Origin: an uncultured Desulfurococcaceae archaeon
GTDB lineage: Archaea; Thermoproteota; Thermoprotei_A; Sulfolobales; NBVN01
Reading direction: 5' to 3'
DNA length: 64,000 nucleotides
Assembly (NCBI GenBank): GCA_964399035.1
Contig: CAYNPH010000009.1
Location: forward strand, 73,846 to 137,845
Shown: in pieces, positions 57,646-64,000 of the stretch
How positions within the stretch are numbered: position 1 is the first letter of the stretch
Layout: every line of letters begins with the position of its first letter
Made by a program: the position numbers and the translations under genes
Notes under the pieces: model-generated
Told to the model about the DNA's origin: nothing
The model's input: the letters and a program-made list of their open reading frames with translations, nothing else
Database searches by the model: none

Positions 57646-59051
57646 CTTGCCTCACCTCCGAGAGTCAAAGCTAGCTTACTTACTAGCTCATCTATATCGT
57701 CTTTGCTGTGAAGTTCCGTGAAGCACAGTAAGCTACAATCATGCATCGCATCATAAAACCTAGACAACGGCGGCCCTACGTGGATTCCATACTTCTCTAA
57801 CTGGCTTATCACGTCCCTTGCATCCCTGCCCTTAAAGGAGATCGTAACTTCACGGAAGTACAGTCCTTTCTCGAAGAGCGGCATGGCCTCAACGCTGTGC
57901 TTATGTAAGACCTCTAAGAAGTACTTAGTGCGACCCAGCAGTGCCTCGCCCAACCTCCTGAGGCCTTTAGCACCGAGTAACGACACGTATACAGCGGCGG
58001 CTATTGCTTCAAGGCCAGAGTTCGTTGTGATGTTTGATGTTGCGCGCTCCCTCCTTATATGTTGTTCCCTAGTTTGGAGGATTAGCATGAAGCCTTCTTC
58101 TGATCCGTCGATAGTCTTAGTCATGCCGACAAGCCTCCCTGGGAGTTGCCTTATAAGCTCCTTTCTACCCTGAATGCCTAGTATTCCGGCTGAGGGGCCA
58201 CCATAGTTCAGGCCCACGCCTAAGGGTTGTGCGTCCCCAACCACTATGTCGGCACCAAGCTCCCCGGGAGCCTTGAATACCCCTAATGAGAGTGGGTTCG
58301 CATTCACTATAGCGAGCGCACCTGCATCATGGGTAACTTCTATAATATCACGTAACTTACGCTCAATTATACCGAAGAAATTAGGGGACTCCACGTAAAC
58401 CGCGGCTACGTCATGATCGAGCTTTGTGTGGAGTGCGCTAATGTCAAGCTCACCGTCTTCCTGCCTGTAGGGGATCTCCTCTAACCGGACGTCTAACCCC
58501 TTAACCCAGGTCCTAATGACCTCCTTAATCTCAGGGTGCGCTGAGGATGCTATGAGTATTCTCTTCCTTCCTCTTTTAACCCTGAGCGCCATTCTAACCG
58601 CTTCAGCGGCCGCCGTGCTCACGTTATACATCGAGGCGTTTACCACGTCAACGCCATAGAGTTCCGCCATCAGGCTCTGGTACTCGAAGAATGCCTGTAG
58701 TATGCCTTGATTTATTTCAGGCTGGTAGGGTGTATAGGCGGTGTAGAATTCGGCCCGGGACACTATGGCCTTAACCACCGAGGGGACGTAGTGAGCGCAG
58801 ATGCCTCCGCCTAAGAACACACGGTGTATGTCCGCAAATCCTGCAAACTTATTCTTACTTAGTATTTCGAGGAACCTCCTTCTGGCCTCGTGTTCAAGTA
58901 GCGGCTTACCGAATCCTACACGTAATTCCTTCCTCAAACGAAGTTGTTCTGGGATGTCCTTAAAGAACTCCTCAATGTCATCGACTCCTGTTTCCTTGAG
59001 CATCTCCTGCTTTACTTCTTTAGCGGAGTTCGGTATCCAGTAATGTGGCAT
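57642..59051 (-). CDS. gcvPA: Glycine dehydrogenase (decarboxylating) subunit 1
   Basis: 469 aa. FLGGGICAHYVPSVV and YTPYQPEINQGILQAFFEYQ. It overlaps gcvPB by 4 nt. Confidence 0.92.
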   Translation of the reverse strand: MPHYWIPNSAKEVKQEMLKETGVDDIEEFFKDIPEQLRLRKELRVGFGKPLLEHEARRRFLEILSKNKFAGFADIHRVFLGGGICAHYVPSVVKAIVSRAEFYTAYTPYQPEINQGILQAFFEYQSLMAELYGVDVVNASMYNVSTAAAEAVRMALRVKRGRKRILIASSAHPEIKEVIRTWVKGLDVRLEEIPYRQEDGELDISALHTKLDHDVAAVYVESPNFFGIIERKLRDIIEVTHDAGALAIVNANPLSLGVFKAPGELGADIVVGDAQPLGVGLNYGGPSAGILGIQGRKELIRQLPGRLVGMTKTIDGSEEGFMLILQTREQHIRRERATSNITTNSGLEAIAAAVYVSLLGAKGLRRLGEALLGRTKYFLEVLHKHSVEAMPLFEKGLYFREVTISFKGRDARDVISQLEKYGIHVGPPLSRFYDAMHDCSLLCFTELHSKDDIDELVSKLALTLGGEAR

Positions 59052-59208
59052 CCCAACACTCCCTTACTAATTAGGGGTATCACTAAAAGTGTTTAACTAT
59101 CCACGCATGAAGTGATGATTAATGTTGTGATTGCGCCTCAATTTTTATATGTTGCAGTGTACTCGCTTAGATAAAAGTTAATCAGCCATCACTGCGAGAA
59201 TTTTTAAG

Positions 59209-60318
59209 GTGTTAAAAACGGTTAGGGAGACACCGCTCCTAGAAACCCTCAGAAAGTACGGTGCCAGCGTGGGAGAGTTTGCAGGATGGATAACCGCGAT
59301 GGACTATGGGAACCCTCTAGAGGAACACATAGCGACCCGCAACTCCGTTACCGTGTTCGACGTGTCGCATATGGGGAGGTACCTTATACGCGGGGACAAT
59401 CTCTTCGAGTTCTTCCAGAAATTAGTGTCTAAGGACCTGAGTAAGTTCAGGGAAGGGCGCATGAGTGGCCCAGTACTGCTACTTGACGAGAATGCACACA
59501 TTATTGACGACGTCATGCTGTACTACTTAAGCAATACCGAGTGGCTTGCCGTTGTTAATGCACCTAACGTTGAGAAAGATCGTGCATGGATGTTAAAATG
59601 GGCTAGGGAGTGGGGATATAACGTCACGATCGAGGACATCACTCTGAGTACCACCCTTATAGCTATTCAAGGTCCACGAGCTCCTGAAGTACTTGAAAAC
59701 CTAGGCGTGGGGGAAGCGGAGAACCTGAATGTACTTGAATTCCTACGTCGCCCTAGCGTGCTAGGAGAGGAAGCAATGCTCGTGAGTAGGTCTGGCTGGA
59801 CGGGTGAGGAGGTGCGCTCGCACGGATACGAAATCATGACCACGGTCGAGCATGGGAAACGCATATTTGAAGCAGCGGTCAAAGCGGGAGCCAAGCCCGC
59901 GGGGCTAATAGCTAGAGATAGCCTAAGGTTGGAGATGGGGTACCCACTCATAGGCGTTGACATAGGCAACGACGTGAACCCCATAGAGGCAAGGTACTGG
60001 ATGGCCCTTAGTCTCAAGAAGCAAGGTTTCCTAGGGGAGGAAGCTCTAAGGAAGATCTACAAGGAGGGAGTAAGGAAGTTTAGGGTGGCATTCAAACTTA
60101 AGAAAGGCGTTAGGAGGATCCCCCGACACGGGAATAACGTATTGATCGACGGTAAAGTCGTAGGTTACGTGACCAGCGGAGCCTACTCCCCCCTACTCGG
60201 GAGAAGCATTGGTATGGGATATATTGAGGCAACACACGCCTACATAGGCTTCAAGGTAGCAATAGATATTCGCGGCAAACCCTGTGAAGCTAAAATACTT
60301 GATTTCCCTCTAATATAG
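59209..60318 (+). CDS. gcvT: Aminomethyltransferase (glycine cleavage T protein)
   Basis: 369 aa. VTVFDVSHMGRYLIRG, IAIQGPRA and ARDSLRLEMGYPL. GTG start. Confidence 0.9.
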   Translation: MLKTVRETPLLETLRKYGASVGEFAGWITAMDYGNPLEEHIATRNSVTVFDVSHMGRYLIRGDNLFEFFQKLVSKDLSKFREGRMSGPVLLLDENAHIIDDVMLYYLSNTEWLAVVNAPNVEKDRAWMLKWAREWGYNVTIEDITLSTTLIAIQGPRAPEVLENLGVGEAENLNVLEFLRRPSVLGEEAMLVSRSGWTGEEVRSHGYEIMTTVEHGKRIFEAAVKAGAKPAGLIARDSLRLEMGYPLIGVDIGNDVNPIEARYWMALSLKKQGFLGEEALRKIYKEGVRKFRVAFKLKKGVRRIPRHGNNVLIDGKVVGYVTSGAYSPLLGRSIGMGYIEATHAYIGFKVAIDIRGKPCEAKILDFPLI

Positions 60319-60327
60319 TGTGATCCG

Positions 60328-60768
60328 GTGAAAACAATGAGCACAGAGGACATTTTAGTAAAAACAAAACTTGGTGAATATTTAGTTAAGAAAGGATTAC
60401 TTTACACGGAGAGCGACGAGTGGGTCAAGGTCCAGGATGACGCCATCGTCTTTGGCATAACAGACTACGCACAAAAGAAATTAAAGTACATAGTGAACGT
60501 TGAGTTACCCGAACCGGGCACATCAGTAAATGCAGGCGAACCAATAGTTACGCTAGAGTCAGTAAAGTCAGTGGCTGACGCGTACTCCCCCTGCTCTGGT
60601 GAGGTACTGGAAATCAATGAGGATCTCTATGATAATCCTGACTTAATAAACAAAGATCCGTACGGTGCGGGATGGTTAGTTAAGATAAAACCCATTGAGC
60701 CCATAGACAAGAGCAAATTCTTGGATCCCGAAACTTATGCGGAGAGAATTAAATCTAAGGAAGGATAA
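60328..60768 (+). CDS. gcvH: Glycine cleavage H protein (lipoyl carrier)
   Basis: YTESDEWVKV and the lipoyl-lysine context TLESVKSVADAYSPCSGEV. The start is GTG 60328 or ATG 60337. Confidence 0.9.
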   Translation: MKTMSTEDILVKTKLGEYLVKKGLLYTESDEWVKVQDDAIVFGITDYAQKKLKYIVNVELPEPGTSVNAGEPIVTLESVKSVADAYSPCSGEVLEINEDLYDNPDLINKDPYGAGWLVKIKPIEPIDKSKFLDPETYAERIKSKEG

Positions 60769-60774
60769 ACGAAG

Positions 60775-60793
60775 AATTCCGGAAGTTTTTTCC
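60775..60793 (+). terminator. Palindrome plus T6 tract downstream of gcvH
   Basis: The ttccggaa palindrome (60777-60784) is followed by tttttt (60786-60791). Confidence 0.4.
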
Positions 60794-60843
60794 TTGATTA
60801 AGTCTCTTACTTTAATGAAGTAAAATCACCTAGGTGACAAATA

Positions 60844-61305
60844 TTGTCCTACCTCAGGATGCCTCCAAAAATAAAGGTATTAGAAGCTGCGGGTGCCGTA
60901 GCTGACGGTAGGATTACATTCACTGACAAGAAGAGTGCCATAGTCGTGTCCTCTGATGGTAGCCGAAGGTACTCGGTTTACATCGATCTAGCACGTAAAG
61001 AAGCATGTAGTACCGACAACGGTACAGTCTTCAGGAGATACGTGGGTTACCCCATAATAGCAGTACTCATGATTAAGGGTGTCTTACCTTACGACACAAG
61101 AGTAGGGGAGGCACTCAAGGGAATACCCTGGAAGATGTTAAATGAAAAATACAAGAAATATGCTATAGTTGAAGAAGAGGTGAAGAAGATTGCCGCTAGG
61201 CGGGGACTTCCCCTAGAGGAACTGGAGGAATTTAAGAACAAAGTCTATAAAGAGCTAAAGAGGTTTAAACTTAAGTTAACCGATATTTGCATAAGTAAAG
61301 AATGA
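60844..61305 (+). CDS. Hypothetical protein
   Basis: 153-aa ORF (TTG 60844, or ATG 60859 MPPKIKVLEAAG...) with protein-like composition. No family was recognised. Confidence 0.4.
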   Translation: MSYLRMPPKIKVLEAAGAVADGRITFTDKKSAIVVSSDGSRRYSVYIDLARKEACSTDNGTVFRRYVGYPIIAVLMIKGVLPYDTRVGEALKGIPWKMLNEKYKKYAIVEEEVKKIAARRGLPLEELEEFKNKVYKELKRFKLKLTDICISKE

Positions 61306-61352
61306 TCCGTAAGTTTAATACCTGATGTAACAGGTATCAGAATAGAGAGATC

Positions 61353-61760
61353 ATGGTGAAGAGCCTAAGGATCGTTGGAGGATACAGGATAGTGATGGAA
61401 TTATACTCTCCTTATAGAGTTAGGATCTATGAGTACAACGACAAAATAAAGGACAGCGGCTACTACTTAAAGCCCCTTCACATAGTCCATAAGGTTGTTG
61501 GCGGGAGAAAGTTAAAGTACCTATACTTTGGACGTTACTGGTACCGCGTAATAAAACGAAAAGGGAGAATCAGGTGGGTATACGTAGGTAGGGATAAGCC
61601 TGACCCCCACCTTCCTGACCCACCGATCTCACCATTTGAGGGCCTTGGTATACTAGTGGAGGGTGAGGACGTATTAGTCGACGAGAAAACCTACGAAGCC
61701 CTCTCGAGGATATCAATTAAAATAAAAGGAGAGAACCTACTGCCAGAGATTAATGTTTAA
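61353..61760 (+). CDS. Hypothetical protein
   Basis: 135-aa ORF with a basic, aromatic-rich segment KYLYFGRYWYRVIKRKGRIRWVYVGRDKP. No family was recognised. Confidence 0.4.
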   Translation: MVKSLRIVGGYRIVMELYSPYRVRIYEYNDKIKDSGYYLKPLHIVHKVVGGRKLKYLYFGRYWYRVIKRKGRIRWVYVGRDKPDPHLPDPPISPFEGLGILVEGEDVLVDEKTYEALSRISIKIKGENLLPEINV

Positions 61761-61860
61761 CTGAGGTTCCTGTTGCATTGGTTGCCTTAGTGGACTATCC
61801 TTATCTTAATAAGATACCTATTATAGCATAGTTTACGACTTATGATGGGGCTTAGAGAGA

Positions 61861-62997
61861 ATGCCTAAGGAAAGACCCTTCTACGCTAAATACCCTTTTA
61901 TGGTATCCTTAAGGGAGTACCTCCTACATACTTACGGGACTGAGCTGACTCTCAATGACTTACTGGATCTGCAAGATTTTAAAGAACGTGGATTGCTGAG
62001 GGTCCGATCAGCGCTTGGGAAAGGCTCTTACTTAGTTTCGTTTGATGAGGATCAAGAGGTTATTTCGTTTTACTTGGCGTTAATGTTTGCTAGCATCGTG
62101 GATCCTTGGGCTTTACGCAAGTACGCCGATGTTGAGGCCAAACGCGCTACTAACTTCATGTTGGGAGATAAAGATAAGGTAGTCGGCATAATAGCTGGAA
62201 AACTCGGTGTTGAGTTAGAGTATTTTGGCTCAGAGTCAAACATCTGCGGTCATAGAGTGATCATAGGCGTAGAGAAGCGCACAGGTAGAGAGGTAGTTGA
62301 GTGTTACCCTTTCAGAGTAACTATCCCTACGTACCTACGGTTAACAGAGTCACTCGTTTCAGACCCTAAGTGGAAATTAGTGAATAGGTACGTGATCGGT
62401 GGATACGTGTACCTGAACAAGCATGATGCCGCTAGGCTACTTGAAAACGCAATTAAATTAAGAATTACTGAGTTAGCGAGTGAGTTAGCGTCAACCGCAA
62501 GTATTGACCCAGAACGCGTCATGCCTGAGGTTAATGAACTTAGGGAACTTGTACGTAGCGTGCGTGGCTTCTTAAGCACAGAGAAGGAGAAATTCATGGA
62601 GGAACTCAGGGGTCAGATTGTGGAGAAATTCTTCCCTCCCTGCATAACAGAAATCATGAACACCTTACTTAAGGGCGAGCACCTCTCACATCATCAGCGT
62701 TTCGCCTTAGCTACGTTTCTCTTGAATATTGGCGCGGATGTCGATTATGTGCTTGACCTAATGCGTAATCTCCCGGATTTCAATGAAAGAATAGCTCGTT
62801 ACCAGATCGAACATCTAGCAGGTTTAAGAGGGTCTAGGAAGAAGTATAGCATGTACAGTTGCGAGAAGATGAAAACCTTAGGTATGTGTGTAGCGGAGTG
62901 CGGCGTTAGAAGTCCTCTCCAGTATTACTGGCGTCACTTGCGTGCTTCTCGGAAAGCGGAGGGAGGTAAAACAGTATCTTCTCATACCCGGGAGTAG
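61861..62997 (+). CDS. priL: DNA primase large subunit PriL
   Basis: 378 aa. FFPPCITEIMNTLLKGEHLSHHQRFALATFLLNIG and C-terminal cysteines (YSCEKMKTLGMCVAECG) fit the PriL FeS domain. Confidence 0.8.
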   Translation: MPKERPFYAKYPFMVSLREYLLHTYGTELTLNDLLDLQDFKERGLLRVRSALGKGSYLVSFDEDQEVISFYLALMFASIVDPWALRKYADVEAKRATNFMLGDKDKVVGIIAGKLGVELEYFGSESNICGHRVIIGVEKRTGREVVECYPFRVTIPTYLRLTESLVSDPKWKLVNRYVIGGYVYLNKHDAARLLENAIKLRITELASELASTASIDPERVMPEVNELRELVRSVRGFLSTEKEKFMEELRGQIVEKFFPPCITEIMNTLLKGEHLSHHQRFALATFLLNIGADVDYVLDLMRNLPDFNERIARYQIEHLAGLRGSRKKYSMYSCEKMKTLGMCVAECGVRSPLQYYWRHLRASRKAEGGKTVSSHTRE

Positions 62998-63469
62998 AGG
63001 AACCCTTCGGAACTCTGAATGAAATCACATTATCAGGACCTACTTCATACTTAAAACCAAACTCAGCTTCAATAATGCGGCTCCCTGGGGGTAATACCCA
63101 CGTAACCGTGTAGTCATACTCAGCAATGTCCTCTTCGTATGTATCCTCATACATGTTCAACCCGGGCTTAAGGGATCCCCTAAACCTAATAATAAATGAT
63201 ATGTAGGGTCTATGCGGGTCGCCCGCAATACCCGCTAGAACCCTAATTATTCGCGGGTGAACACGCTCTCCATTCACCCTGACTTCCTCGGTGTCAATAA
63301 ATGATTGCATGTTCTCTTTTACCTTAGCTAGCTCTTCACGTAGCCTATGACTGTCTGATAGGATCTCCGCAAATTCTTGGTTTTCATCAGTGTACTCAAA
63401 AACTATTACTTCTGTGAATTGTCCTGACCTGTCTACCGTGAAGTAGCAGTATCCAAATATGGGCTTCAC
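62906..63469 (-). CDS. Hypothetical protein co-transcribed with the Lrp regulator
   Basis: 187-aa ORF. Its GTG start overlaps the lrp stop (GTGA). Its 3' end overlaps priL convergently by 92 nt. No family was recognised. Confidence 0.45.
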   Translation of the reverse strand: MKPIFGYCYFTVDRSGQFTEVIVFEYTDENQEFAEILSDSHRLREELAKVKENMQSFIDTEEVRVNGERVHPRIIRVLAGIAGDPHRPYISFIIRFRGSLKPGLNMYEDTYEEDIAEYDYTVTWVLPPGSRIIEAEFGFKYEVGPDNVISFRVPKGSSTPGYEKILFYLPPLSEKHASDASNTGEDF

Positions 63470-63936
63470 GGTGGTGTTACCTTTCTGTCCTCTTTAATTA
63501 CACGTAGTACGACAGCTGTTGATGTGTGCTGAACGCCTTCGATGGTTCCTATCTTGTCGAGGAGTTCTGAGAGTTCCTTATGGTCCCTGACAAGTATCTC
63601 TAATGCGAACGTCCACTCTCCCGTGATGTCGTAAATTACTTTTATCTGTGGAATCTTGAGGAGTGCCTGCACTATGTCATTGTACTTCTTTATGTCTACT
63701 GCAAGGAAGACTAAGGATCTTAAATTATACCCTAAGGTTTCTGGCGAGACCTCCGCAACGATCCTCTTAATAATACCTCTCTCCTTAAGGCGCTTAACAC
63801 GCATGTAGACCGTAGAAGAGCTAATGCCTAACATTCTTCCAAGTTCCGCATATGTTAGGTCGGCGTTTTCTTGGAGAATATTTATTAATTTCTTGTCTAT
63901 TTCGTCTAAATCTAAGACGGCCAAGGTAGCACCCAC
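63466..63936 (-). CDS. lrp: Lrp/AsnC family transcription regulator
   Basis: LDEIDKKLINILQENADLTYAELGRMLGISSSTVYMRVKRLKERGII is the HTH, followed by a RAM-type C-terminal domain. Confidence 0.85.
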   Translation of the reverse strand: MGATLAVLDLDEIDKKLINILQENADLTYAELGRMLGISSSTVYMRVKRLKERGIIKRIVAEVSPETLGYNLRSLVFLAVDIKKYNDIVQALLKIPQIKVIYDITGEWTFALEILVRDHKELSELLDKIGTIEGVQHTSTAVVLRVIKEDRKVTPP

Positions 63937-64000
63937 TTAATTTTTTATCATCAGTCAAATAAAAATCTTATCATTACATCTTTGGCGCCAGTAGATATTC

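Noticed and set aside
56128-60768. The glycine cleavage cluster (gcvPB-gcvPA divergent from gcvT-gcvH), with glyA 40 kb away, as something unusual.
   Set aside because: The set is complete and canonical, with normal operon couplings. The 157-nt divergent spacer contains only AT-rich promoter-like sequence. This is ordinary metabolism.

Overview
This is a gene-dense archaeal chromosome segment of crenarchaeal/Thermoproteales type. The organism call is an inference from gene content: TFB, PCNA, PriL, FEN-1, fibrillarin/Nop5, GatDE, aEF-1beta, an intron-containing tRNA and TATA-like AT boxes. No organism name can be proven from the sequence alone. Most of the window is conserved housekeeping:
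- partial OTCase, FEN-1, EF-1beta, CDC48, SHMT, SerRS, an Lhr-type helicase, PCNA;
- a tRNA/RNA-maturation neighbourhood (tRNA-Pro with intron, ThpR/LigT, CCA enzyme, RNase Z, THUMP methyltransferase, Trm1);
- PRPP synthetase, UPP synthase, S8e, SRP19, Gar1-TFB, fibrillarin-Nop5, S30e, GatD-GatE;
- a complete glycine cleavage system (gcvPB-PA / gcvT-H), PriL and an Lrp regulator.

The clearly accessory part is an AT-rich block at about 7.3-17.3 kb. It encodes a non-archaellar type IV pilus module: secretion ATPase, polytopic platform protein and two class-III-signal pilins. A GT-C glycosyltransferase sits between the pilin genes, and a 1040-aa repeat-rich, sequon-rich surface protein is transcribed divergently.

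Other items worth follow-up:
- a polytopic-membrane HerA/FtsK-like ATPase divergent from the Lhr helicase;
- a truncated TFB3-like factor, and a full-length TFB with a degenerate Zn ribbon;
- Gar1 homology that extends upstream of any canonical start codon;
- a GC-rich structured intergenic element (about 38.9-39.05 kb) and a candidate C/D box sRNA (30.1 kb);
- a 60-nt perfect intragenic repeat in cdc48.

I saw no CRISPR array, rRNA, integrase or transposase. All calls come from reading the translations and sequence by eye; no database search was run.
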